A DNA stretch of 64,000 nt, from NCBI GenBank assembly GCA_951406725.2, contig OX597835.1:37324001-37388000 (forward strand), read 5' to 3'. Shown here piece after piece: positions 1 to 13,690 of this stretch (the first letter of the stretch is position 1; the number at the start of each line of letters is the position of its first letter). This stretch comes from Octopus vulgaris. Taxonomy: Eukaryota. Below the pieces are notes generated by a model that did not search any database, was not told the origin of the DNA, and saw only the letters and a program-made list of their open reading frames with translations. The position numbers and the translations under genes are program-made.

Positions 1-579
1 ACTTGTTGATTGGATCTGGCTCAACCCACTCCAAATGGATGCCACTGCAAGCTTAAGTAAGTAGTATAAACATTTTCGGGATTTCAAAAACTGGCAGAAA
101 GAAACAAAGGAAGAATAAATCTTTGGTTCAAACCACAATCCTGGCTTCAAAGCTTGCAATGAACTGAACTGTGCAAGAGGCACCCAAGAGCCAGTTAGTA
201 GGTTTTAAAGAGGACGTTAGATTTCTAAGTCTACCACTTGATAACAGAGCAGATTCTGAAGACAGCCAAGAGACCAACAGTCCTGGTCTTAATTGGTCCT
301 ACTAAATTATGACCCCCACCAATAAAAAATGATGTAATGTCTTTGATCATCTGTTTCTTCAATAAAGGTTGAGCTGAAGATTAAACAGCAACAACAACAA
401 CAATTATTCTGTAACTGTGTAACTGTAATCTTAGACTTTTGGCATGCATGATGATGGTTTCTTTTAAAAACAAATCAAAGTTCTCTTTTTTTCCCCCACC
501 CCAAAATAAGTGAATAAACAAAATTTTTGCAGACATTTAAATTTAATTATCTGTTTTATTTTCATAATTTTATTTTCAG

Positions 580-685
580 CCAATGATTTCTCGGCAAAGA
601 AAGAATGGAAGTGTGGAAGACACTAAAAGACAACATAGCGATGACTGTACAAAGAATGTAAAAGAGTTTCCAACATCTAAAATAT
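580..685 (+). CDS. Candidate internal coding exon (PMISRQRKNGSVEDTKRQHSDDCTKNVKEFPTSKI), possibly of the HEATR4-like gene
   Basis: Long pyrimidine tract ending TTTTCAG (AG 578-579), open non-repetitive frame, and strong donor GTGAGT at 686. It ends in phase 1, matching the phase-1 acceptor at 60532. No recognised homology. Confidence 0.55.
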
Positions 686-724
686 GTGAGTTAATCATCA
701 TCATCATCATCATCGTCATCATCA

Positions 725-758
<34 letters not shown>

Positions 759-763
759 CATTA

Positions 764-1220
764 AGGCAGCAAGCTGAAAGAACTGTTAGCATGCTGGACA
801 TAAATGCTTCATAGTATTTCTTCTGGCAGTTCTGTGTTCAAATTCCACTGAGTTAAACACTGCCTTTGACACTTTGAGGGTCTATGAAAACAAGTAGGAG
901 TCAAGCACTGGTGTCAATGTAATCGACTTACACCCCCAACTCTGCAATTGCAGACTTTGTGCCAAAACTTGAAACCATTATTATTATTAGTAGTATTAGT
1001 ATTATTATTTGGTGAACTGCCAGAAACATTACCACTTTGGGTGAAATGCTTAGTTGTATTTCACCCATCTTTACGATCTGAGTTCAAATTCCACTGGAGT
1101 CAACTTTACCTTTCATCATTTCAGGGGTTGATAAAATAAGTACCAGTTGAACACTGGTGCTGATGCAATCAACTTACCCCACTCCCCCTAAATTTCAGGT
1201 CTTTTACAGGAAAGATTATA
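764..1220 (+). mobile_element. Two diverged tandem copies of tRNA-derived SINE family B
   Basis: B-box-like GAGTTCAAATTCC followed by a degenerate GTCGACTTTGCCTTTCATCC...GATAAAATAAGTACCAG core and (TTA)n tails. Matches the better copy at 14001-14230. Confidence 0.75.
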
Positions 1221-1452
1221 AGACTTTTGGAAAAGAAGAATTCCTAACATTGGGCTACAACAAGTAACCTTAGATGCCAAGAACCCTTCTAAGTATCCTA
1301 ACTGTCCCTAATAACACTGTTTTCTGGAGCTGTACTAAACTAGGTTTTATGCCTATTTCCTCTGTCCATCTGTTCAAATCTTTAGGGATAGTTCCTAATG
1401 CACCTATAACTACTGAGATGCATTTTACCCACACTTTCCATAGTATCTGTAA
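1221..1452 (-). mobile_element. 3' end of RLE-type non-LTR retrotransposon (R4/Dong-like)
   Basis: Minus strand reads ...VVIGALGTIPKDL...QLQKTVLLGTVRILRRVLGI*, a typical RLE C-terminus. Confidence 0.75.
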
Positions 1453-1455
1453 TTA

Positions 1456-1763
1456 ATGTGTTGGGTGCAATTGAGCAAAAGACCAACAAAATCACTTGCA
1501 ACACCAAAGATGAACTGAAGGCAAGAATTATGACAGTATTGACCAACATAAACAAGGAGACTGCCCAGAAGGGTTGCAGGAGATTCCAAAGTCATCTGGA
1601 GGCCATTGTTGAAACCAATGGCGATTTTATTGAATAAATTTACTCTTTACTGTTTCAAGATATTTTAATGTAAGTTTGACAAAAAAATATCTGCAAAAAT
1701 GAGTTGTCAGTGTTATTTTCATTTTTGCGTAATTCAGACGACAGTTTATTCACTGCACCCTGT
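1456..1763 (+). mobile_element. 3' remnant of Tc1/mariner-superfamily transposon
   Basis: Reads ...GAIEQKTNK...TKDELKARI...CRRFQSHLEAIVETNGDFIE* and ends in CACCCTG+TA, a typical TIR end with TA target. Confidence 0.7.
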
Positions 1764-1791
1764 ATATATATATTATAAAAAAAAAAACATG

Positions 1792-1851
<60 letters not shown>

Positions 1852-2009
1852 CATGGTCATAAGAGTCAGCTGAGTCATCTATAAGGCTAAGTGTTTTATG
1901 GATGTGAAACCATTGGTCACTCTATGACCAGTCACATATTCAATGTCCTGTAAATTCATTACTCCTCTAACTTTTAGAGGGCACTTCATTTTGGGATATA
2001 TGTTCCACT

Positions 2010-2055
<46 letters not shown>

Positions 2056-2125
2056 ATGTGTGTGTGTGTATCTACATACATATAAAAGTACAGATGCACA
2101 AACATACACACACACATATATATAT

Positions 2126-3398
2126 ATTGGGTTATTCCATAAATGATGATTTTTTTAATACTTCTTTTATTTTTCAAAATTAAGATAACGTTCTTTTTTT
2201 AATCTAAAATATACTCACCTTCATATTCTACAAAGCTCTAGTAGACTTGAAAGGCCCCTCTTCCAAAATTCACTTGTCTATGACTAAAAAATACTCCTTC
2301 AGTACTGTTCTGACCTCCTCTACAGAATTCATATTTTTTCTGTCGAAATGATTTTGAAGACTGCAGAATAAAAGATGGTCAGATGGGGCAATGTCTGGCA
2401 AATATGGTGGGTGGACATCATTTCCCATTTAAACTGTTCCAGCCTTTGGAATGTCATCCATGCTGTATATGTCCGAGCATTATCCTGATGGAAGAACATC
2501 TTTCGTCTCAAAACCAAAGATGGTCATTTTTCTTGAAGCACTGACTTAAGCCGCTCAAGCAGCTCACAATAGATCTCCTTTGTTATTGTTTGGTTTGAGT
2601 TTAAAAGTTCAAAGTGCATTAAACCTTTCATGTCCCACCAAACAGATAACAACACTCTACGTGGGTGAAGACTTTATTTAGCCTTTAGTGTTGATGTTTC
2701 TCCTTTCCCTACCCACTGTCTTTTGCACTTGACATTTTTATAGACAATCCATTTCTTGTCACCAGTCACTATTCAGTTCCAGAAAGGTTCATCCATGAGT
2801 CGTGACAGCATAGAAGAGCACACATTCACTCTCTGCATGTGATTAAACTCAGAAAGTTTGTGAAGAACCTACTGACCCAATTTGCTGACTTTTCCAATGG
2901 CACACAAGTGTCGATGAATGGTCGAATGACCAAATCTACACTTCTCTGTTAGTTCCTCAATATTACGATGGGATTTTGTTCCACCAGGGTTTGCAGGACG
3001 TTCTTGTCAAGCTCTACAGATCTTTCAGGATAGCACTCATCTTCTAGGCTGTAGTTTCTGGCTCGGAATTTTTGGAACCACCATTGACACTGGCTTACAT
3101 TTACTGTCCTGGCCCCAAATACTGCATTAATATTCCTCACACTTTCCATCGCGTTGTTGCCTTTATTGAACTCATAAAGCAAAATATGCCGAATATATTC
3201 CTTTGCCACTCTCATTATAGCTTTGAAAAAATAACTTAAAATCAAACTGCACTCTGAAAAACTTGCACTAAGAATAAGGACAAGGTAAAATTACTTCCTG
3301 CTTCTATAGCAAGTTGATGCAGCTAGTTCATCCCATGCTCCTCCGACTTTTAGTTCATGCAGTTGAAAAAGCCACATTATTTATGGGACGACCCAGTT
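2126..3398 (-). mobile_element. Decayed full-length mariner transposon (~1.27 kb)
   Basis: TIRs ATTGGGTTATTCCATAAAT and ATTTATGGGACGACCCAGT sit in TA context. Broken transposase with HTH (IRHILLYEFNKG...QWWFQKFR), VTGDKKW and FHQDNAR motifs. Sister copy at 49131-50390. Confidence 0.9.
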
Positions 3399-3430
<32 letters not shown>

Positions 3431-3648
3431 AGTTTGTATATATACATACACACACATATATAAATGCATGCACGCACACACACACATAACAAAATTAAAA
3501 AATGCACACAATTTATATATTTTTAATATAACGCTAATCCTGACATTGAAATTGGGGAAAAAATTGCAATTTCATATTTTCTGAAGAAGTTTTTAATCCA
3601 TGTTTATGGTATGAAAGCTTGTTTGTAAATGAGCCAGTATGTAAAAAA

Positions 3649-3740
<92 letters not shown>

Positions 3741-3744
<4 letters not shown>

Positions 3745-3828
3745 GGTCCCGGGTTGAGTCGGGGTTAACCACAGTAAATAAGGTACCAATACATAGCAGA
3801 GTAAATTAATTTATTTTATTTTATAGAA
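3741..3828 (+). repeat. Left arm of ~88-bp inverted repeat pair (partner 6277-6365)
   Basis: TGTAGGTCCCGGGTTGAGTCGGGGTTAACCACAGTAAATAAGGTAC...TTATAGAA is nearly the exact reverse complement of 6277-6365. Confidence 0.9.
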
Positions 3829-3844
3829 GCTCCTTCTATAAAAA

Positions 3845-3968
<124 letters not shown>

Positions 3969-4017
3969 ATATATGTATATATATATATATGTATGTATAT
4001 ATATGTATATATACATG

Positions 4018-4290
<273 letters not shown>

Positions 4291-4545
4291 TCGCTCTAGA
4301 AATTGCACCAACAGCAAGAGTCATTATTATTTATTTTAGATAACAGATTCTGCGACTGCTATACATGTGTGTGTGTATATAATTTATACATATACATATA
4401 TATACATAAACATACATATACATAAATATATACATGTATATATATATATATACATACACATATATACACATATATATATATATACATACACATATACATA
4501 CATATACATATACATATACATACACATATATACATACACATATAT

Positions 4546-4588
<43 letters not shown>

Positions 4589-4720
4589 CATACATATATA
4601 TATATACACATATATATACACACACACATATATATATATACACACACATATATATATATATATACACACATATATATACACACATATATATATACACACA
4701 CATATATATATATACACATG

Positions 4721-4754
<34 letters not shown>

Positions 4755-4775
4755 TACACATACACACACACATAT

Positions 4776-4806
<31 letters not shown>

Positions 4807-5505
4807 CACACACATATATATATATATATAAGAGAGTGAAGGTAGGAGAATCACTTGGCAGGGTTAAACATATAAACTCGTCGTTGGCTGCTTAATGCTT
4901 TAACCATGCAACCAAGCAATGTTATTAGTCATGAGATACCACGAAGAAGGGAAGAACCATGCCACAAAACCATTCGGTAACGTAGCAGATGAAAAATAAA
5001 AGCAAATAAATAAATAAAGAACAAAGCTAAGAATTAAAAACACAAACAAGAATATAAAATTGCTGAAAAACTAGCAAAGTTTCTTGTAGCAGGAGGAAAA
5101 AAAAAAAACGGTTTTTTCAATTAGCAATTTTGATATTTTGACAACAGAATCTCATCATGTAATATGGGAGCAACACTAAATACACAAACGCTCGAATATA
5201 TGTGTGTATATATGTATATACATTCTCATACACACACATATATGTGAGTGTGAGTGTGTGTGTGTATATTTGTGTGTGTATGTGTATACATGTCTGCATT
5301 ATGTTTGAGTATAAGTATGTAAGTATTTGCTCATGTACATATATGTGTTTGTGTGTGTATATATACATACATATATATGTATGTATGTATATGTATGTAT
5401 ATATATATGTATGTATGTATGTATGTATATATATGTATGTATGTATATATGTATGTATATATATATGTATGTATATATATATATGTATGTATGTATATAT
5501 GTATG

Positions 5506-5542
<37 letters not shown>

Positions 5543-6122
5543 AAATGTATGTATGTATATATATATAAATGTATGCATGTATGTTTATATATATGTATGC
5601 ATATATATATGTATGTATGTATGTATGTATATATGTATGAATGTATATGTATGTGTGCATCATATGTGTATGTATATACTTTCTCAAATACACACACACA
5701 CATGTATTTGTGTGCATATGTATGTTTAGATATATATGTGTGTATATGTATATAAAAATTTGCTTATATAAAATGTGTGTATATACATACATATATATAT
5801 ATACATGCATACATATACATATATATACAAACACACACACACATATATGCATACATATCTATATATAGATATATGCACACATACACACACACATATATAT
5901 AGGCAAATATTTGCATATATATATACACAAACAAACACAGGCACACAACATCAAATGTATAGATACTGTTTTATGGATGTTTGCATCATTATGTACATGC
6001 ATTTAATTATCAAAGCATCAATAAATGTTTCGCTGTAATGGCTATATACATACATACATGCATACATCTATACGTACATTTATACATAGATACATAAATA
6101 TACATATCTGTATATATATATA

Positions 6123-6205
<83 letters not shown>

Positions 6206-6276
6206 ATATATACATATATGTGTATATATATATGTGTGTATATATATATATACATATATATATATATTTATTTTAT

Positions 6277-6364
6277 TTCTATAAAATAAATTAAATTAAT
6301 TTACTCTGCTATGTATTGAGTACCTTATTTACTGTGGTTAACCCCGACTCAACCCGGGACCTAC

Positions 6365-6365
<1 letters not shown>
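6277..6365 (-). repeat. Right arm of ~88-bp inverted repeat pair
   Basis: Reverse complement of 3741-3828, abutting (TA)n. Confidence 0.9.
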
Positions 6366-6400
<35 letters not shown>

Positions 6401-6452
6401 ATATATACATATATATATATATGCGTGTGTGTGTGTATATATATATATATGC

Positions 6453-6493
<41 letters not shown>

Positions 6494-6726
6494 AACACAT
6501 GTGTATGCATACATACATACATATATGTATATATATTATATATATATATACATACAACAATATGTATATACTTAGGGAAAGGAGTGCATTTGCGCATGCA
6601 CTCACACACACAAGCATCATCATCATCATCATCATAGCTTCTTTTACACTTACTTTTCAATGCTGGCTTGTGAAATGGGTGTGTGTATTTATATCTATAT
6701 CTATATATACACACACACCCACACCC

Positions 6727-6783
<57 letters not shown>

Positions 6784-6933
6784 TGTATATGAGTACATAC
6801 ATAGCTGCATTTGTGCACATGGTTTATTTGTGTATCTAAATATAAGAAAATCTGAATTTGAGTAATATCTATGTGTATATATGTATGCATCTGTCTGTCT
6901 GTCTCTATATTTATATATACACATACATATATC

Positions 6934-6980
<47 letters not shown>

Positions 6981-7819
6981 ATACATACTAACAAACACAT
7001 ACATATAAACATACACATACAGACACACATATATGTGTGTGTATACATATATATATATATACACATACATAGTTGTTTGCACACATACACATGTATGTTC
7101 TTTTTTTATATTGCCTGTATCCATACACACAGACACACACACATACACATTCATACACACACACATACACATTCATACACACATACAATCACACACGCCT
7201 GCACACATATACACACACCTGCACATACACATGTACACATAAAATGTTAGACACTTGCCAAAAGAACATAGCACCAAATTACAGGATGTCAGTCTGTATA
7301 CGATGTTTTCTGATTCCAGACATGTTATGCAACCTCTGAGTGCCATCACGCCTACCACGACCACCACTTTATAATACTCTCCCCTCCTCCTCATCTTCCT
7401 CCAAATGCGTATTTGTCTTCCATCAGAATATATATCTGCACCATCAATGACCTCATCATTTGAATGTACACTCCCCCCCACCACCACTACTACCACCATT
7501 GCCGCCATCACCACTACCACAGCCACCGACGCCACCACCACCATCACCACCACTACCACTACTGCCGCTGCAGTCTAAGAGGCCACTAACCTCTGTTAGC
7601 TGGTGTCTGTGGTCTAGTGAGATGGACCATTCTCTGGGATGTTGGCGATGGAATCAGGAATTTCTTTACCGTTCCGAACAATCTTCAAGAAACTTCATAT
7701 GTAAATATGGAATCAAAAAAAAAACAACAAAAAACCAAGCAAAAACAAACAAACAAAAATCTTTGTGAAAGACAAAGCTAGAATACGGTTATTTCCTCTG
7801 AAACATGTCTAAAGGAAAA

Positions 7820-8243
7820 ACCAGCGCTTCTTATATACTTACATATATACATTTATACATACTCACACATATATACATATATTCATGCATACATACATGC
7901 ATATGTACATACATTCATACATACATATGTACATACGTACACACATACATGCGCATGTACATACATACATGCGCATGTACATACATACTTGCGTACATAT
8001 ATACATACATACGAATTTACATACAAACATACATACATATGTACATATACACATACATACATACACATGTACATACATTCATACATACATGGATCATATA
8101 TACATGCATACAAGCATACATACATACATCATATATACAAGCATATATACATACATACATACAAGAATACATTCATACATACATAAATACATATGTACAT
8201 ACATACATACATACAACAAGTGTACATACTTATGTACATACAC
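7820..8243. repeat. (TACA)n degenerate microsatellite
   Basis: Directly visible. Confidence 0.9.
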
Positions 8244-8244
8244 A

Positions 8245-8500
8245 GGTAAAGTAAAGTATTCCTTCCTGAATCATACTGACCCATAAGGGCCAGTTTCCTA
8301 GTTTCATGGCATATGTATTCCCTATCTGAATGGGAGGCTGGTCCATCACAGAATTACTCATCTTTGCCGGCTGAGTGGACCTGAGCAATGTTAAATGAAG
8401 TGTCTTGCTCAAGAACACAATGCGTCGCCCGGTCCAGGAATCGAAACCACAATCTTATGATCATCAGTCCAATACCCCAACCACTAAGCCATGCACTTCC
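8245..8500 (-). mobile_element. tRNA-derived SINE family E
   Basis: Minus strand TGGCTTAGTGGTT...GGTTTCGATTCC (A/B boxes). Homologous to 29010-29510 and 38420-38650. Confidence 0.8.
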
Positions 8501-8520
8501 ACAATGTACATACATACATA

Positions 8521-8830
8521 GTGGCTGCCCCCTCGTTATCGAATATGGCCATTATGTGAAGCTTAACCAATGTTGTTATCGTGCAATGCCTGTGCAAGAA
8601 GATTTTTTTTTAAAGTGAGGAAAGGCTGTGCACTGAGTCAATCTCACCCACTAAGCAACAGCAGCCATAATCCGAAAAGAAGAACAAGTCAACATCATCG
8701 GTAACCACTGAGCTGCAGGTTTTATGTTGGAGTTATCCCAGTTACCTGAGTTACCTTCTCCTAGAAGGATGCCCTAACAAAGGCTAGGAGTCCTTCACTC
8801 CCAATGGTTTAACTGCACGATCGGGTATTC
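8521..8830 (-). mobile_element. Short RTE-related non-autonomous retroposon (probable 5'+3' RTE ends)
   Basis: Minus strand contains ...CTAGGAGAAGGTAACTC, resembling RTE 5'-end motifs, and ends CGATAACGAGGGGGCAGCCAC+(TATG)n. Confidence 0.4.
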
Positions 8831-9768
8831 AGTCCAATTATTTCTATGTCCCCATGCATGATATAACCTTAAGACATTTATTGGACATGCACCTACATAC
8901 ATACATGCATATATCATTCACTTGATAACAAAGGCACTCTTCTTTTTTTAATTCTATACTTTCTGGAGGAGTAACTGCAATCCTATAAATAATATTATTA
9001 TATTCAGGATTGATATATTAAATACCAGTGAAACACTAGGGTCGATGTGATCAACTAGTTCCCTCCCCAAAAATTTCAGGTCTTGTGCCTATAGTAGAAA
9101 GGATTATTATTAATACTATATGTTTGACTTTTGCGTTGTATTTGTACAAGTTGACTCCAAGTCTTACCCAGTGATCTCAAGAGACAACAATTTAGAAGTT
9201 CAAGTTGGTATTATGCCTAGGGTGTCATATATTTGGTCTTGTACATAGTGTTGTACAAGAGAATGTTTAAGAAAACATAAGAAAATTATGTTTGTTTTAA
9301 AATTTGAGATTAAATAGACAGTACTTTACATAGAATATGGAGAGTTCCCATGAACACTATCTTGAATTTCTGCCATTTTGAGGTTTCCTGGTATCTGAGC
9401 TATGTAGCAATCAGCCCCTTTTACTATCATTCCTAGGGCACCTATGATGACAGGTGTTGTGTTAGTCTTGAGGTTTCTCATTTTGCCAATTTCTATTTCA
9501 AGATCTTTATACTTGCTCAGTTTTTGGTAGGTCTTGACAGAAACATTTATGTTGACTGAGACAGTCATATCAATGAGGAGGCATGATTTTTGTCTGAAGT
9601 CTTTCAGTATAATGTCTGGCCTATTTGCATCTATCTTTCTGTCAGTTTGAACAGTGAAGTTCCAGAGGAGTGAGACGTGATCCTTTTCAAGCACTGGCGG
9701 TGGTTTGTGTTTCCACCAGTTTTTATCATGGAGCAGGTTCAGGTTTTTGCAAATTATCCAGTGAATAT

Positions 9769-10082
9769 GGAGGCACAATGGCCTAGTGGTTAGAGCAGCG
9801 GACTTGCGGTCGGAAGATCACGGTTTCGATTCCCAGACCGAGCGTTGTGTGTGTTAATTGAGCGAAAACACCTAAAGCTCCACGAGGCTCCGGCAGAGGG
9901 TGGTGGCGACCCCTGTTGTACTCTTTCGTCCCAACTTTCCCTCACTCTTTCTTCCTGTTTCTTGAGTAACGCTATGTTGGACTGGTGTCCCGTCAAGCTG
10001 GGGGGAACACATACGCCACAGAAACTAGGAAACTGGGCCCATGAGCCTGGCTAGGCTTGAAAAGGGCGCATAAATAAATAAA
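9769..10082 (+). mobile_element. tRNA-derived SINE family C inserted in the LINE
   Basis: A box TGGCCTAGTGG, B box GGTTTCGATTCC, (TAAA)n tail, 13-bp TSD ATCCAGTGAATAT at 9756-9768 and 10083-10095. Confidence 0.9.
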
Positions 10083-10459
10083 ATCCAGTGAATATATTGT
10101 GCTGCTCTATAATGCCTGTCTGCAGGCACAAGAAGACAGTACATGGAAACAACATGATCAAAGAATTAATTTTGTTGTTTACATACCATACATTACATGT
10201 TGGGCTACTGCCGTTCTTTAATATGTTGGCCTGGTAGCTTCTTGTAGGTAGGTATTGATTTTGGGCTGCAATGATAAACCCTTCTGTTTCTGATTTTAAG
10301 CCAGAAGACACAAACCATTGATGGGTAAGGGCTTTGTCAAATTCGGCATTATTAGCTATCTTTGGGTATTTGCCAATGAGAGGGTTTTCTTGCCATTTAC
10401 CAGTAAGAATATCTAAGGCAGCAGTTTTAGCATGGGCTTTCATACACTTAGCTTTTTTT

Positions 10460-10852
10460 GCGTCCCCAAAGTCCATCCCCTCCTCACTGTGGTGGGGACG
10501 CTGGCAGGGCCACCCAAGGCAGATTGGTCTGACACCGATTGGTATTAGGGCCACAACCCGGCAGACGGGGCACTGGTGAAAATCCTTGGAGTGTCTGTTT
10601 CGGCAACCGGCAGCTCCTCGGTCGTTCTGTCCCTGCGTCTGCGGACAATTTGCAGCAAACAGGATGACTCTACATGCGAGGTTGTTGGGGACCGCTTGTG
10701 AAATTCATATTCCCACGAAACTTCTTTCACTGCCATGGTTCGAGATTGTTGGGGACTGCTTGTGAAATCCATATATTCCCAAGATACTTCTTCTATGGTA
10801 GAAGAAGCCGACCCAACCTGCCCAGGGTGAATGTCGCCACAAGTAAATAGTA
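10460..10852 (+). mobile_element. ~390-bp GC-rich non-coding insertion with HDV-like 5' fold
   Basis: TSD AGCTTTTTT(T)G at 10450-10460 and 10853-10862 interrupts the LINE ORF. Internal ~50-bp direct repeat at 10677-10725 and 10741-10793. Confidence 0.7.
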
Positions 10853-11106
10853 AGCTTTTTTGTGCTTGTTTCTAGTACTTCTAATTTTGGGATTTGCTGT
10901 ATTTGGAATTCACTTAGATATTCCTTCATCTGTTTTGTTACTGAGTATGATGTTTGCTTGTTGTTATGCTTTAAGACATGTTTTAACATCCAATCATCAG
11001 AGTTTTTCAGGTAGGTGTTGAGGCCAATTGTGGCAATCTTCAATGTTAATTCCAGTTGTAAAAGTCTATGGCTAACCTCTTATCTCGTTAGGTAAATTCG
11101 TTCTAT

Positions 11107-11528
11107 ACTCTTTACTCTGTTTTACTCTTTTACTTGTTTCAGTCATTTGACTGTGGCCATGCTGGAGCACCGCCTTTAGTCGAGCAAATCGACCCCGGGA
11201 CTTATTCTTTGTGAGCCCAGTACTTATTCTATCGATCTCTTTTGCCGAACCGATAAGTGACGGGGACGTAAACACACCAGCATCGGTTGTCATGCAATGC
11301 TAGGGGGACAAACACAGACACACACACATACACACATATATATATATATATATATACATATATACGACAGGTTTCTTTCAGTTTCTGTCTACCAAATCCA
11401 CTAACAAGGCTTTGGTCGGCCCGGAGCTATAGCAGAAGACACTTGCCCAAGATGCCACGCAGTGGGACTGAACCCAGAACTATGTGGTTGGTAGACAAGC
11501 TACTTACCACACAGCCACTCCTGCACCT
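11107..11528 (-). mobile_element. Full-length tRNA-derived SINE family A
   Basis: Minus strand AGG.GCAGGAGTGGCTGTGTGGTAAG...GGGTTCAGTCCC head, internal (TA/TG) tract, (GTAAAAGA)n tail. Many copies in the window. Confidence 0.9.
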
Positions 11529-11722
11529 TATGATTATTATTATTATTTGCAGAATCGTTAGCACTCTGGATGAGATGCTTAGTGGTATTTTGCCTGTTGC
11601 TACTTTCTGAGTTCAAATTCTGCCTATCAACTTTGCCTTTCATTCTTTTGGGCAAGTACCAGTTGAGCACTGAAGTCGATGTAATCGCCGCAGTTTCAAG
11701 CCTGGTGCCTTTAGCAGAAAGG

Positions 11723-11753
<31 letters not shown>

Positions 11754-12273
11754 CTCCTCCTCCCTCACCTTCTCCTCCTCCTTCTTCTTCTTCTTCATTT
11801 ATTACAAGTACTACTGAGTTATCTTTCTATTTCTTAGTTATTTCTCAAGACTGGTTCTCATTAAAAAGTGAAAAAAAAAGGATTCTTTTTTTTTTTTTTA
11901 GTTCCCTTGTTTTATTTTTTTTTATTATTATTATTATATTATTTTTTTTCTTTTGCTGCAATATCTCCGAGTAAAATTCTTCCCAATTAGATTACCTGAA
12001 CGAATGTTTCGAGTGTGAAAGGGAAAGATAAAAAGTTACCAATCATGACAGCTATGACTACCACCACTATACCACCACTGCCATCTCCCTCCCCCCGATA
12101 CTACTACAACTGATGCTGCTGCCACCGCCACCTCGGCCGTCACCACCACCACCACCACCACCAACAACAACAACACTGCATCAGCTAATTCCTTACTCTC
12201 ATCTTTGCATACACCTTTTGTTTCTGTATCTAACGGGAACCAAAATAAACTACACACACATGCACAAATATTA

Positions 12274-12310
<37 letters not shown>

Positions 12311-12471
12311 TATATATATGTGTGTGTGTGTGTGTGAATATATACTTGTATATATATATATATATATATATACACATACATATATAGGTATATATATATG
12401 CGTGTGTGTATATGTATGCATGTGTACATATATATGTGTATATGTGTGTGTATATATACATACATAAACTC

Positions 12472-12503
<32 letters not shown>

Positions 12504-12871
12504 GTATTATAGAAAAAATGGAAAATTAAAGTACTCACCTGTAAGATCCCTCCCCTCCTGCATCGATCTTTTTTTTTTTCCTTTTTTGTTAGGAAAAGGA
12601 ACAACAACAACGGAACAAGGTGTTGGTGGAGAACTGATGTTGATTAAGTCCCTCCTTTCCCCTTAACCCTTTGCTCTCCTTCGTTAATATTTTTCGGTAG
12701 TCATAGGGAGTGAGGGGGAGAGAGGAGTGTTGGGGGTGTGTGGCGTGTGGGAGTTAGGATCGGGTGACAGGTGACGAGTGGAAGATTGCGGCAGGTGGTA
12801 TGTGGCGAGGTGAGGGGTGGATTGCTTCATGCAACAGTTTGTTCTTATGTGATAACATTATTATTTCACAT

Positions 12872-13450
12872 CATACCCGGAATCGAAATTGAACCAATCT
12901 TATGACTGGCACCCGGCAGTTTCCAGGACCACTGGACTGACTCCTGTGCAGGTGGCAAGTGAAGAAACACCATTTCGGACCCTGTGCTTGAGGAGATCCT
13001 TTGAGTCAAGTACACCAACATCAAAATCAATGGAAACTGCAGTTGTGATCCCTGTGCCGGTGGCACGTAAAAAGCATCATCTGAACGTGGCCGATGCCAG
13101 CATCGCCTAGACTGGCTTCCGTGCCGGTGGCACGTAAAAAGCACCATCCGAATTGTGGCCGATGCCAGCACCGCCTTGACTGGCTTCCGTGCCAGTGGCA
13201 TGTAAAATGCACCAATCCGTTCGTGGCCGTTGCCAGCCTCACCTGGCACCTGTGCCGGTGGCACGTAAAAAGCACCCACTACACTCACGGAGTGGTTGGC
13301 ATTAGGAAGGGCATCCAGCTGTAGAAACACTGCCAGATCAGACTGGAGCCTGGTGCAGCCTTCTGGCTTCCCAAATCCCCGGTTGAACCATCCAACCCAT
13401 CCTAGCATGGAGAACGGACGTTAAATGATGATGATGATCATCATCATCAT
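12872..13450 (+). mobile_element. RTE LINE 3' UTR copy with internal tandem repeats and (TGA)n tail
   Basis: Homologous to the 3' UTR of the RTE at 41906-45402 (GTGCCGGTGGCACGTAAAAAGCACC units, GGAAGGGCATCCAGCTGTAGAAAC). Confidence 0.85.
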
Positions 13451-13690
13451 AAGGTTGTGATTTGGCAGAACCATTAGCAGACAGGGCAAGAAGCTTAGTG
13501 GCATTTTGTCCATCTTCAAGTTCTGAGTTCAAATTCCACCAAGGTCGACTTTACTGTTCTTCCTTTTGGAGTCAATAAATTAAATACCAGTAAAAAACTG
13601 GAGTCAATGTAATCAACTAGTCACCTCTCTCCAAATTTCAGGCCTTGTGCCTATAGTAGAAAGGATTATTATTATTATTATCATTATTAT
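13451..13690 (+). mobile_element. SINE family B copy
   Basis: GAGTTCAAATTCC plus GTCGACTTT core plus (TTA)n tail. Confidence 0.8.

Larger units (their letters stand above)
9105..11100 (-). mobile_element. 5'-truncated R4/Dong-like LINE (post-RT, zinc knuckle, restriction-like endonuclease) carrying two nested insertions
   Basis: ORF pieces LKSETEGFIIAAQNQYLPTR...PTC and LLWNFTVQTDRKIDANRPDIILKD...LLIDMTV...KLSKYKDLEIEI...PVIIGALG, followed by a 3' UTR and (TAA)n tail. Confidence 0.88.

Noticed and set aside
9769-9845. tRNA gene (here and at other SINE heads)
   Set aside because: A/B boxes are present but continue into SINE bodies with tails and TSDs. No complete cloverleaf.
13050-13280. CRISPR-like repeat-spacer appearance (24-bp palindromic repeats with ~35-bp spacers)
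   Set aside because: The spacers are homologous to each other, the array lies in an RTE 3' UTR, the context is eukaryotic, and there are no cas genes.
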